Notes: a model not told the origin generated them from the letters alone. Positions 34,891 through 45,065 are shown, counted from the stretch's first letter. The stretch is DNA of 64,000 nucleotides from an uncultured Nitrososphaerales archaeon (GCA_963713605.1 CAVQMO010000001.1:352001-416000), one strand, 5' to 3'. Program-made: numbers and translations.

Positions 34891-35223
34891 TTAATTAGGT
34901 AATGCAAGTAAGAATGGATCCAAGTTACCTATAATGCATATCGCCCTTTCAGTACAGATGAATTTTGTGAGGATATTTTGACATATTACAATATTTCCTT
35001 GACAATCATTTTGTTGATTGGCAATATTTTTTACTGTGTTGACATTTGAAGATGACTCACTAGATTCTGTAGCAGGTGTAATTTCAGAATCTGCGGTCGC
35101 TACCTCTCCGGAGCCATATTCTGATGCAAAAACCATATCTGATTTCATACCATACAGAAAGGCTATCATAATTAGTGTCATGAGAAGGGCTCCCCCAGAA
35201 AGAGTCAATTTAATGCTGTTCAC
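34891..35223 (-). CDS. Secreted protein with Cys-rich C-terminus
   Basis: Signal peptide (VFA), Ser/Glu linker and four Cys. Confidence 0.65.
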   Translation of the reverse strand: MNSIKLTLSGGALLMTLIMIAFLYGMKSDMVFASEYGSGEVATADSEITPATESSESSSNVNTVKNIANQQNDCQGNIVICQNILTKFICTERAICIIGNLDPFLLALPN

Positions 35224-35485
35224 AGTTTAGAAATATTTCTGTTATTATTTAGGAAATATTACGGTTGAACTAATGAGAGAATTCTGTACTAATATTCTGT
35301 AGTTAAATCTGGGCTCAAAAAGCGCGAATTTCCAATTAAAATCCTTTTGCTCCTAATTGCACAAGTCGTAAATGAGTATTTCATTAAATGCATCCCATCA
35401 TCTGGTAACCAGCCTGAAACTGCTATCCCCTGTCCTTTCTTGTCTTGTGTTCTCCTGGTATTATAACAAGAAATTTATTATTGAA

Positions 35486-36113
35486 CTATTTTAACTTTGG
35501 ACCCGCCTTCTTGGCATTTCCGATCGCGTAATACTTGATCAAGGCCCTAGCTGTTTCTGCAGATGATCGCACTTTGCTCTCATAGTGTCTAGCCATTGTA
35601 AAATTGACAGTTACATTGTTGTGACATTTGGAACATAGTGTTCGCAGGTTGTCGTAGGCGAGCAATGGTCCCTTTGTAAACGGCAAATTGCTCGACGAGT
35701 TGGTTGGACCGGCATTACGAATTTTTGTCTTCATGCGGAAATGCTCAACAAATTGCGCCACTGGTTGGATATGATCACACTCTAAATCAGTTACCCTTCA
35801 CATCCAATACATCTGCAAAGTTCAAGAATCGTATATTGTGCTTAGTCAATTTGGTTATCCGTTTCTTATCCCAGGCTTTTCCACACTTTTGGCATGTGTA
35901 ATCGTCTCTCTTGAAAATAGCTAATCTCACACCGGTCCATGTGCAATGCAAAAAATGCCATCTGGCAAATTCTCTTGCGTGTGACCTGCAGCAAAAGTAC
36001 CTGAACGGAAGTGTTGTTTGGTTATTGCATCCAGCGACTCTACATAATACATTACCTCGATCGTCTAATTTATTGAAAATGTTCGGGGGAATGTAGAGCG
36101 CTTTTCGTTTCAT
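35486..36113 (-). CDS. HNH endonuclease with zinc-binding motifs (1-nt insertion near 35795)
   Basis: WTGVRLAIFKRDDYTCQKCG. After the shift it reads DLECDHIQPV...DNLRTLCSKCHN. Confidence 0.85.
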
Positions 36114-36146
36114 GGTGTAAGTGCATTACTTGGAGTTTTGGATATA

Positions 36147-36704
36147 TTAACTTGGGTTACATAGTTTTCGTGAATTCTCACACCTTCCATACATTTTCAC
36201 AGCCTTCAGGATAGTGTTCATTGAAACAAAATAGACACTCCAGGCTACAAGTTCTGCGATGAAATATGCTTGATACGCCTCTAGATATCCCGATTCTAAT
36301 TGATGGAAATGGATATAAGTTTTGGTAATGATGAACACACATTCGGAAGCCGAAAATGCCATAAACAATTTCCTTACATCAAGTAACAGCTTTTTTGAAT
36401 TTATGGTTCCATTATTGGGATCGATATAACGGTTCTTGTTATCTCTATAGAAAAGGTACGCAAATATCGGAAGATACGAAGCATAACCTATGACGAGTGT
36501 ATAAATCGAATTTTCAATACTACTTTCATGACCAGCATATTTTGAATAAAGTTCAGTAAAACACATTCCTATCACAAATGATATGAGCCCACTGATAGCA
36601 ATGGACCTATTTAGTAATAGGATATCTCTGTATTTTTTAAAGAATTGCACTGTATTGTATAATATCTTCCCCATTCGCCCCCCCTCAATGAAGCGGTCTA
36701 CCAT
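36147..36704 (-). CDS. Four-TM membrane protein (GtrA-like)
   Basis: Four hydrophobic segments; lies between the radical SAM and HNH genes on the same strand. Confidence 0.65.
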   Translation of the reverse strand: MVDRFIEGGRMGKILYNTVQFFKKYRDILLLNRSIAISGLISFVIGMCFTELYSKYAGHESSIENSIYTLVIGYASYLPIFAYLFYRDNKNRYIDPNNGTINSKKLLLDVRKLFMAFSASECVFIITKTYIHFHQLESGYLEAYQAYFIAELVAWSVYFVSMNTILKAVKMYGRCENSRKLCNPS

Positions 36705-36867
36705 CGAGTCTTCTTAAAGAACTTGCGACAAAGGAAACCAGCAAGTTTTTGATGGACGTCAGGTGAATCGGAGATGCAAGATATACAAAATTCGTTAATG
36801 CCATTTGAATCTATACGATATAATTCGGTGTTAGTCATCATACGTCACTACCCAAAATGAATCGTCG

Positions 36868-37844
36868 TTAATTGTTTCCTTTTATCCCATTTGCGACCAT
36901 AACAGAGTAGCAACCAAGTCCACAACGTTCACAGATTGGTTTCAATCCATTCTTGGTGTCAGCACTGCCTATACAACATGGCTGCTTTGTTCTACCCAAA
37001 TGATCCAAGGAGAGAATCGCCCAGGAAGGGCACTCTATAGGTGTAGTTCCAGTGCCACCCCAGTTCCCCTTCATCAATTCTAACTGTTTTTGGCTGTTGA
37101 TTACGAAATCTGGATATCTGCCTTTCAGTTCAATGAGCTTGTCGACCATGCGGCTACGTTCAGCTCCAAAGGGTACCCACAAGGGATCATTCATTGAAAA
37201 TGGTGTATGAAATTGAAAACCCATTTTGTTTACTACTCCATTCCACTCTTCGATGAGTGCATCTATGCACGGATGATTTAGTGAGTTAATGGTCATCGTG
37301 ATCCAAATGTCTTTCCATGCTGGCTTGCGTCGATTTGGTGGACCATTGATATAGTCAAGTATATTTTGCTTCGTTTTTGCGTAAGTTCCCTTGCCTCTTA
37401 TGCTGTCATGGATATTTTCAGGACCATCAATTGAGACCCAATAAAAATACAAATTCTTATATCTTTTAAGGGAAAAGTAGCATTGGTTACCACACACACT
37501 CGCCTAGGCATTTCCTCACAGAAAACTTCAATAATATCAGGTCTGAGGGTAGGCTCTCCGCCGACCAGTGTCACGATAAAAGTATTGTGTTTCTTGAATG
37601 TGTTCTTTATTATCTTTCTCCATTCTTCAGAGTTAAGCCCATCCTGCTCGTTACTCTTTCTGTTCAGCCACCAGTAGCAGTGTGTACAATGTAAATTGCA
37701 GACATTTATGATATCTGCTGAACCGTACATGAAAGGTTTACTATGAAAGAACTTTATCCCTATAATCTTGTTGAAGATGCTCAGGTAAAAGGGCGTTTCC
37801 CTTATTAGATCCGTAATTCCTCTACCGTAGATAAGATCAGTCAT
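36868..37844 (-). CDS. Radical SAM protein with C-terminal Cys-rich (SPASM/twitch-like) domain (frameshift near 37470)
   Basis: CNLHCTHC, VGGEPTLR, VVTN and VSIDGPENIHDSIRG; C-terminal CP...PCC...CERCGLGC. Confidence 0.92.
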
Positions 37845-38245
37845 ACCACAACTCCTAGATATGACAATACCAGATATATATAGACTATAGTTCTAATCCC
37901 TGCAGATTCGCCGTTGAGTGACCGATATTCGATTCTTGAATTTTCTTAGCGACCGCGTCATTGACATCATGGCAATTAGATGGTAGAGTAGGATTAGATT
38001 TTAGGTTCTTGAAATGTACCTGGTCCGTGTATGATTGCTATAAGGCTTGAAGGATATGCAGGTCCAGCTAGAATAAAAAATCTATGTTTTTGTTGAATGT
38101 CAAAAGTTACGGTAGAGAGAGCATTCGGTAACAAGGATGCGAATAAATAAACACCATTCAGACTTACGGCAACCTTCAGGATCGATTTCGGCATGATTTA
38201 ATGCCACGATATTTATGCGTGGTGGAGCATGATCAACGCAGTGTA

Positions 38246-38674
38246 ATGTCTAGCTCAAAATGCGTATTCTGCAGAATCATATTAGGAAACATGCCTTCAA
38301 ATATCATCGTGGAGGAAGAAAAGGCGATTGCATTTCTCGATGCTTTTCCACTAGCAAAAGGTCATACGCTGGTTATTCCTAAATTGCATTTCTCTAAAAT
38401 TCAGGATATGTCAGAGGACTACGAATCAGCCGTATTTCACCTTATGCACAGATTAGTGGGCCCCATCGAAAAGGCGGCGCATGTAGACTCGTCAATTATT
38501 GCAATTCATAATGGGAAGGAGGCCGGTCAGGAAATAGATCACGTCCATATTCATATTGTTCCTCGGACAGCCCATGATGGGGCAGGACCAATTCACTCGA
38601 TGTTTGTAAAAAGACCAATTATTTCATCAATAGATTTGAATCAAATGGCCATCGCGATAAGAAAAGAGTTGTAG
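38246..38674 (+). CDS. HIT-family nucleotide hydrolase
   Basis: CVFC, GHTLVIPK and the histidine triad AGQEIDHVHIHIVPR. Confidence 0.95.
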   Translation: MSSSKCVFCRIILGNMPSNIIVEEEKAIAFLDAFPLAKGHTLVIPKLHFSKIQDMSEDYESAVFHLMHRLVGPIEKAAHVDSSIIAIHNGKEAGQEIDHVHIHIVPRTAHDGAGPIHSMFVKRPIISSIDLNQMAIAIRKEL

Positions 38675-38809
38675 TTAAGTTTTTCACTGTCGCAATGGAG
38701 ACATCTGCTAGACGAAGAACTTCAAAACTCAACGGATATTTTACTTTCCATTTCTCTCTATACAGAAAATCATTAATACAAGGGTCCAAGTATATTTGCT
38801 GGTTTCGAG

Positions 38810-39661
38810 ATGATCGGTACTGGTTACACTACGTTTGATAATATTACTGCATTGGATTTCTATATTGGGCGTAAGGTTTTGTCCACAATAACGATTTTTT
38901 TATTCGCTCTCTTTCTCTGTATGTGCATTTCTTTTCAAGATGACAGTGCGGTCGCTCAGAGTTACACCAGTGATGTCCCAGGTAATAATAGTAGAGATGC
39001 GACAGAAGTAAATAGCACGGTATTTGCAACTGGAAGCGCGCTTACGAGATTAGCACCCGACAGGGTAATAATTTCAATTGGCGTTGAAACTACTGACAAG
39101 ACAGCCAATAATGCTCTGTCTCTAAACTCTGGAATAATGAGTAATATCATTTCTGAGTTGAGGAGCGTTGGCTTAAAGCCAAATGAGACTCGCACCTCTT
39201 TTTTTAACATTTTTCCACTGTATAATTATACCGAAAGTGGAACGAGATTAAATGTGTCTGGCTTCACTGTAACCAATTCCGTGCAGATTGAAAGCTCAAA
39301 TCTTGACAATGTTTCTCAATGGATTGACACAGCGGTTGCATCAGGAGCCAACAACATAAATAGTATAGATTTTTCAGTAACCGAGAAAAAATTAGAGGAT
39401 ACTAGGAGTAAATTAATTACCGATGCAATAGGTAATGCGAGGCAAAAAGCAGAAGTAGCTGCATCAGCTGTTCAACTAAATATTACAGGAGTTAAATCAA
39501 TAGTTGTAGATGGATCTACAACTATCCCACCACTTCCGCCTCAGCCACTTTATAGAGACTCCGTTTCAGCTCAAGGAGGAACTGCCTCATCTTCCACACC
39601 AATTATTGCAGGGGAGCAAGAAGTATCAGTTTCTGTTTCCGGTATCTTTTCAATGGGATGA
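38810..39661 (+). CDS. SIMPL (DUF541) domain secreted protein
   Basis: APDRVIISIGVET, IDTAVASGANNI, ARQKAE and PIIAGEQEV motifs. The true start may lie downstream. Confidence 0.88.
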   Translation: MIGTGYTTFDNITALDFYIGRKVLSTITIFLFALFLCMCISFQDDSAVAQSYTSDVPGNNSRDATEVNSTVFATGSALTRLAPDRVIISIGVETTDKTANNALSLNSGIMSNIISELRSVGLKPNETRTSFFNIFPLYNYTESGTRLNVSGFTVTNSVQIESSNLDNVSQWIDTAVASGANNINSIDFSVTEKKLEDTRSKLITDAIGNARQKAEVAASAVQLNITGVKSIVVDGSTTIPPLPPQPLYRDSVSAQGGTASSSTPIIAGEQEVSVSVSGIFSMG

Positions 39662-39892
39662 TTATTAGAGCTAATATAATCTCCAAAAATAATTAGCGTA
39701 CTACTTGCCTGGCTTTGTACAGTCACGCAGACTTCTTTTGTTTTTTTTATTCTCGGTCCTGTCGGAATATACCAAGGTAAATTGTATTCTGGCCAACATC
39801 ACTGTTTTCCTCGTAGCGCAACAAGAGAAATAATAAAGGAGTGTCTTTAATTTCTACGATGCATTCCATCATGCTCTAGGCGGGACCAAAGT

Positions 39893-39998
39893 CTAAATTG
39901 TGGTTGAAGCTATTGCTAAATCCCACTATCTTCATTGCCACTAACGTAGGTACGAACCTAATGCACATATCCAACCATTTCAAATGGATTCAATACAT
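39893..39998 (-). pseudogene. Broken copy of the small membrane peptide gene at 41582..41755
   Basis: Same NPFEMVGY..LG..VPTL.AMKI.WDLA coding sequence with several indels and a divergent 3' end. Confidence 0.7.
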
Positions 39999-40041
39999 TA
40001 ATTATGATCTAGTCCTTGAATGATTGAGTCTGCTCATAAGG
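39913..40041. repeat. Direct repeat copy 1 (degenerate duplicate of 41665..41798)
   Basis: Manual alignment to copy 2 shows 5 missing bases and 3 substitutions. Confidence 0.95.
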
Positions 40042-40404
40042 CTCTATAATTTCAATGTTTGATGTTTAGTCATTTGTCATAGATTCTCGTAGATTGATAT
40101 AAGATAATCCGACAAAATGTGACAGGAACATCTTAACCTATTAAGAGAAGAGCGTTTGGAATGAATACTTTCTGCCTTGCACCGAACATTGATTTATCGA
40201 GCGTAGTTATGAGCAAAGTACGCTAATATTTTATTTTGGCTTAGTGAGTATCTTCAAAGAAGAATAATTAATTGATTAATTCCCTCAATTCTAGGACCAG
40301 CGCAGTGACTGGGTATTAGAAGAAGATAAAGCCGTTTGCCATTTATCAAAAAATCCAAAAGCTAAAAAAAGAATAAAGTGGAATTAGATTGAGGTCATTT
40401 CAGC

Positions 40405-40518
40405 TTGAGGTGCGCTTGTTGTGGTGGCGAGATGGTTTTGAATAGTGAATTGAAAGTAGCTATAGTCTATAAATGCAAAGAATGCGGCCTAAGCGATACA
40501 AAACTAAAATCGGAATAG
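40405..40518 (+). CDS. 37-aa zinc-ribbon micro-protein (not in ORF track)
   Basis: TTG start 9 nt after GAGGT; MRCACCGGEMVLNSELKVAIVYKCKECGLSDTKLKSE*. Confidence 0.7.
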   Translation: MRCACCGGEMVLNSELKVAIVYKCKECGLSDTKLKSE

Positions 40519-40701
40519 CAGTCGGGCACTGAAAGTTAGAATTCCCACCTTTTTACTTTTGCACACATTCTGGTGACATATGTTTCCAAAACCATCCATA
40601 ACACCAACTTCAATCTATGCCCTGATCTCGCGTCGTAAGAACAGAATCCCAAAATTTATTTAGATGTATCCCAGCATTTAGAACTACGAAGTGCTAACTG
40701 G

Positions 40702-41445
40702 ATGTTGAAAAATAAAGTAGCGCTGGTTACTGGAGCGAGCAGTGGGATAGGCTATGCTACATCTGTTGCTTTATCAAAGGCCGGTGCACATGTCGCAGCC
40801 GGTGCTAGGAGGGTGGAAAAGTTGAAGGACCTAGAGAAAAAAATAAGCGAATCTCGAGGGGCTGAAATTCTTATTCACGCTCTTGACGTTACTAACAGAG
40901 CAAGTTGCAACTCCTTTGTTGACGCTGCCGTCAAGAAATGGGGCACGGTTGATATATTAGTAAATAATGCTGGCTTGATGCCACTAAGCTTTTTCAAAAA
41001 TAACAAGATTGATGAATGGGAGCGAATGATTGATGTAAATATTAAGGGAGTCCTTTACTGTACATCGGCAGTAATCCCACATATGCTACAGAAGGAATCA
41101 GGACACATTGTAAACATGTCTTCTGTAGCTGGAAGAGTAGTCTTTGCAGGTGGGACTGTCTATTGTGCGACCAAATACGCAATAACTGCTTTCAGCGAGG
41201 GGCTCAGAATTGAATTCAGTCCAAGGTCGAAGATAAGAGTAACTTGTATTGAACCTGGAGCGGTATCGACAGAGCTCCTCGAAACAATAACTGACGAGTC
41301 TATGTCGCGCTTTATTGAGGCATCAAAAAAAATGGAATCCTTACAAGCTCAAGATATAGCAGACGCAATACTGTACGCGGTACAAGCTCCCTTACACGTT
41401 AATGTTAATGAGATATTGATAAGGCCTACGCAGCAAGTCGTCTGA
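40702..41445 (+). CDS. Short-chain dehydrogenase/reductase
   Basis: TGASSGIG, NNAG, YCATK and IEPG motifs. Confidence 0.96.
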   Translation: MLKNKVALVTGASSGIGYATSVALSKAGAHVAAGARRVEKLKDLEKKISESRGAEILIHALDVTNRASCNSFVDAAVKKWGTVDILVNNAGLMPLSFFKNNKIDEWERMIDVNIKGVLYCTSAVIPHMLQKESGHIVNMSSVAGRVVFAGGTVYCATKYAITAFSEGLRIEFSPRSKIRVTCIEPGAVSTELLETITDESMSRFIEASKKMESLQAQDIADAILYAVQAPLHVNVNEILIRPTQQVV

Positions 41446-41581
41446 TAATGAATAGAGGTAAATTGATTTGGCCCTCGTAAAGCTAAATCATATTCTCTTA
41501 TTTTCTTGATGAGCCCGAGTATCAGAAACAAGCCTTAGGTTTGAATTGATAAGTTAAACTCGGAAGTTATGTGGGCCGAGT

Positions 41582-41755
41582 TTAATACCTTGTAATCAAT
41601 GATGCTGGTTCAGCAGTCGCGTATGTCTCATCCCGCTTGAGATATGAAAACAGTATTTTCTTTCTTGCTAAATCCCAACCTATCTTCATTGCCATTAACG
41701 TAGGTACGAAACCTAATGCGACATATCCAACCATTTCAAATGGATTCATATACAT
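41582..41755 (-). CDS. 57-aa single-TM micro-protein (not in ORF track)
   Basis: MYMNPFEMVGYVALGFVPTLMAMKIGWDLARKKILFSYLKRDETYATAEPASLITRY*; TTAAT box 29 nt upstream; duplicated nearby. Confidence 0.75.
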   Translation of the reverse strand: MYMNPFEMVGYVALGFVPTLMAMKIGWDLARKKILFSYLKRDETYATAEPASLITRY

Positions 41756-41798
41756 TAATTATGATCTAGTCCTTGATTGATTAAGTCTGCTCATAAGG
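41665..41798. repeat. Direct repeat copy 2 (promoter plus 5' half of the micro-protein gene)
   Basis: Aligns with 39913..40041. Confidence 0.95.
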
Positions 41799-41859
41799 GT
41801 ATATTACTTCTAAACATTGCTACTTATCTAATATTTTTTCTGCCTAAACCGAGTCTACT

Positions 41860-41881
41860 CTTTACCTAAGAGAAGGTAAAG
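41860..41881. promoter_or_regulatory. Inverted repeat, candidate operator in the divergent promoter region
   Basis: CTTTACCT-AAGAGA-AGGTAAAG, immediately upstream of the TTAAG box of the 41918 gene. Confidence 0.45.
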
Positions 41882-41917
41882 CATAGGCTTAAGTGGGTAT
41901 ATTGAGACTATTAATCA

Positions 41918-42046
41918 ATGGGAAAAGAAGAATTTTCATGCCCGTACTGTCAATCTAAATTTGAAAGTAAGCAAGATTTATCCAAGCACATTGATAGAAT
42001 ACATACAGGCTCAGGATTGCTAGAAGGCGATGTAGGTAAATGGTAA
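41918..42046 (+). CDS. 42-aa C2H2 zinc-finger micro-protein (not in ORF track)
   Basis: MGKEEFSCPYCQSKFESKQDLSKHIDRIHTGSGLLEGDVGKW*; TTAAG box 29 nt upstream and a T-tract after the stop. Confidence 0.88.
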   Translation: MGKEEFSCPYCQSKFESKQDLSKHIDRIHTGSGLLEGDVGKW

Positions 42047-42270
42047 ATGTGTTCGAGTTTTTTTTTGAAGCATTGAGTGATTATCCTTAGTACATAAATT
42101 GATTTAAGCAGGTAAGAATTTGCGGGATTAATATCGGCAAGCTCGGACCTTATTGGTTTACCTTATTTCTCCCGGTAAGCAAGGAATGAAGAATGACAAT
42201 TGTTCCGCGGAATTCAATTGAATGTAACACCAAAGGAAAGAAATAGATTAATATCCTAATTTGGGAATCG

Positions 42271-42420
42271 GGAGTCACAAATCCTCTTAAACAGGGATAA
42301 CGAAGTCTCAATTTACCGACTGAAATAACTCCAAACCCCGGCAGAGTTACGATGGTCACGATCTACGTGACTGTAACTTTGTCGAAAGGTTGAAGATTAC
42401 TGAAAGTTGTCAAGAGTAAT
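42271..42420 (+). ncRNA. Candidate structured non-coding RNA
   Basis: 19-bp bulged hairpin at 42339-42384 with G-U pairs, a multi-stem junction at 42271-42332, and an ATTACT/AGTAAT stem. Confidence 0.35.
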
Positions 42421-42673
42421 TGTCATTTGAATTAAATTGAGCATAATGAATAATGAGGAATTTATGCCTTCCAAATAACCTAATCGGATGTTCATAATCT
42501 TCCAAATGTCATCACGCCCCTGTCCCTTCTATAATCAGACATAAAAACAGGACAAGGATATGATTGTTCGCTTGCTCACGTCTCAGCGGATCATCATGTG
42601 GTAGTGGTATAAATGATGTGATAAAGTTTCGTTGATTTCACCTTTGAATTCTATCATATTTGATGAATAATTA

Positions 42674-43021
42674 ATGTACGGAGAAAAAGAGAAACACCCT
42701 CCCTCTACTTTAGGTGACCGAAATTATAATTATAGGCATTTGTATTTATACCTGCGGAAGAAATTACAGATGCATGAATACCTAGTGAAATCTGGCAATT
42801 CATTAACTTATAAGAACTGCGTCTATTGCTGCTCTCGAAAATCAACGATATGTGTAAAATGCAATTTTTGTTATTCTTGCCATTCCATGATTGAACGTAT
42901 AGAGAGCTCCTCAAAGCAGACACCGGTTCAAATTATTAATGCCAAAAGGGATAAGAACGAAAAAAAACTTCGTGGAAGTAAATTCGAAGCTAATTTTGTA
43001 GTTTATAGTATAAAAAAATAG
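42674..43021 (+). CDS. Cys-rich hypothetical protein
   Basis: CVYCC...CVKCNFCYSCH. Confidence 0.55.
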   Translation: MYGEKEKHPPSTLGDRNYNYRHLYLYLRKKLQMHEYLVKSGNSLTYKNCVYCCSRKSTICVKCNFCYSCHSMIERIESSSKQTPVQIINAKRDKNEKKLRGSKFEANFVVYSIKK

Positions 43022-43286
43022 TATCAAGACTTGCTTTCTTTGCTTTGGGATATTTCATGACCATCCCTCATAAAGAGGGTCACGTAGTAATAGCAATTAT
43101 TTTTAAATAGCATGAGATTTCCTATTTGAAATTCTTCTGTGGAATGAAATTGCCGGTCCGGGGGGAAATACTTATAACCTACTTGAGGATGTCTTTGAGC
43201 AAATCGTTCACATAGTTATAGCCAATCAATATTTGTGATCGCTTCATACATTTGTGGGTTTCGTTCATTGATTTGAATTCGCGATC

Positions 43287-43712
43287 CTACTGACTCTGAG
43301 TTAATTTTTTTGATATTCTCTCTAATGCTTCCTCTGTCCCTTTATGAATATGCTTACTAACCATTCTAGAAAATAATTTATAGAAACCAGATAGTTCAAA
43401 TTCCCAATTGACTGTTATTGAGGTAGCATTACTATCTCTAGATACAAGTGTTAAGGTCTTTGTTCCTTTAATAGGACCACTAAGTATTTCAGTATTAATC
43501 CTCTTTTTAGGATCCAACTGTACAATCTCTCTACAAACAGAATTCTTAAATGCAATGACAACATCCCTTTCGACAGTATTTCCTTTCTTGCTAATATTTC
43601 TAATGGACTTGGTCCCGTGCCAGAATTCAGGTTCTCTATCTAAGTCTCCTACAATATCCCACACTTTATCAAGAGGCACACTTAATTCCTTGCTTAGCAT
43701 TAGGGTTGCCAA
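43287..43712 (-). CDS. SRPBCC/START-family protein
   Basis: VPLDKVWDIVGD..REPEFW and C-terminal helix GTEEALERI. Confidence 0.88.
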   Translation of the reverse strand: MATLMLSKELSVPLDKVWDIVGDLDREPEFWHGTKSIRNISKKGNTVERDVVIAFKNSVCREIVQLDPKKRINTEILSGPIKGTKTLTLVSRDSNATSITVNWEFELSGFYKLFSRMVSKHIHKGTEEALERISKKLTQSQ

Positions 43713-44011
43713 TAGTAACTTGATTCAAGCATCATGCTTAAATATTTTTAATCTCAGGACGCGTAAAGGGTTGATGTTTAATATTGATAAATCATGACAG
43801 TTTCTTTCAAATATAATGCTTAGATCGCGTTGTGTCCTCCTATTCTATTCTTCCAAAGTCAATTTAATACGATTGCACGCATCAGTCCCTTCAACTAAAT
43901 CTTTATTCTGATGATCCCAAGATTAAGTATTCAACTGTGCAGGGACAAAACAGAGTGCTACGAGTATATAGTATTGAGAACGTGCTTAATCTGATTTCGC
44001 CTACTTCATTG

Positions 44012-44434
44012 CTAAAACCCCCAGCTTACTTTATTGAAAGCATTTACTCTTACAAACGGGGCTTCTCCTTCTTTCCATGGATCTTTTCTTACCCATTCAA
44101 ACTTTTTATAAAATATTTGATACAGCCTCTTAAATTCAGCTCCTCTTTCAATGATAGCCGCTTTGCCTTGTATTACTATAGCCTTGTTCTCTCCAGAGGG
44201 ATTGTAGACATCAACAACTATCGAAACATTCTTGTTGACTTCCAAATTCCTAAATTTTCTTGTCCCATAATCTGTTGCGAAAGTAATTGTATCTTTGTCG
44301 TAACTGTACGCGACTGGTACAACATGTGGTATTTCATCATGAGAAGTGGCTACCCTACACACTTCGTTGTCTAACAGAAACTTACGTTCTTTTTGAGTCA
44401 TTCTCACTTTGTTGCGCTCACTAGACTTATTCAT
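44012..44434 (-). CDS. Pyridoxamine 5'-phosphate oxidase-like (split-barrel flavin/F420-binding) protein
   Basis: CRVAT..PHVVPV, TRKFRNL..NKNVSIVVD and IQGKA motifs. Confidence 0.9.
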   Translation of the reverse strand: MNKSSERNKVRMTQKERKFLLDNEVCRVATSHDEIPHVVPVAYSYDKDTITFATDYGTRKFRNLEVNKNVSIVVDVYNPSGENKAIVIQGKAAIIERGAEFKRLYQIFYKKFEWVRKDPWKEGEAPFVRVNAFNKVSWGF

Positions 44435-44759
44435 CTTCAAATTACCAAGTATTAGTACTTAATCTCACTATAAACTTACAACTACTGGTTTGAGTTTTAT
44501 TCTATGTCACTAATTTAGCTTCATTGATTTTATGTTTATGAGTTGGCGTTCGAGGTTGAAACTGCTTAGAAAGTGCATATTATGAATAAGAATATTCAAG
44601 GGATAGTCAAAGTTGTTAGTTCAATCGTGTAAAAGCATTTCAATTAGGGGTAACACCTCATATACTAAAGTCTGCTAGAACTGCAAGTTGCATCACCTTG
44701 CCGAATACGCATGGTAAAAATATGCTGTATCAATTAGAAAAAAGTCGGTGAAAGTAGAG

Positions 44760-45065
44760 TAAGCCCAAGCGAGTGGCCGACTTCGGAGACCCATGTAACT
44801 TTGAAATCAATAAGCCAACTACTGACAGAATTAGGTGTGCTTGAGGTGTTAACTAACATCATAGTCGTTGCTGCTACAAACCGTCCTAACATTATAGATG
44901 CTTTCTTGCTAAGACTAGGTAGGTTTGATAGGGTGCTTTATGTCCCCACACCAAATCAAGATTCGCGAATCCAAATAATAAAAAATTATCCAAATAAGAA
45001 ATCTCTAGCATACGATATCTGAAAAGTTATCAGATCTTAGGATGGATATACCGGGACTGATAATT
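44760..45065 (+). pseudogene. Remnant of a Cdc48/VCP-type AAA+ ATPase
   Basis: ISQLLTEL.VLEVL.NIIVVAATNRPNIID..LLRLGRFDRVLYVP. No Walker A/B upstream; DGYTG continues out of frame. Confidence 0.85.

Noticed and set aside
35486..36113. HNH protein as IscB/Cas9-like RNA-guided nuclease, or TGA readthrough at 35787
   Set aside because: It is only about 208 aa with no PLMP or RuvC motifs. The downstream half is in a different frame, so an indel explains the break, not readthrough.
42255..42380. Cobalamin riboswitch or hammerhead similarity (GGGAA..AAATCC..CCCCG..CTGTAA; CTGA/GAAA)
   Set aside because: Spacing and core elements do not fit: there is no B12 box and no CUGANGA core.
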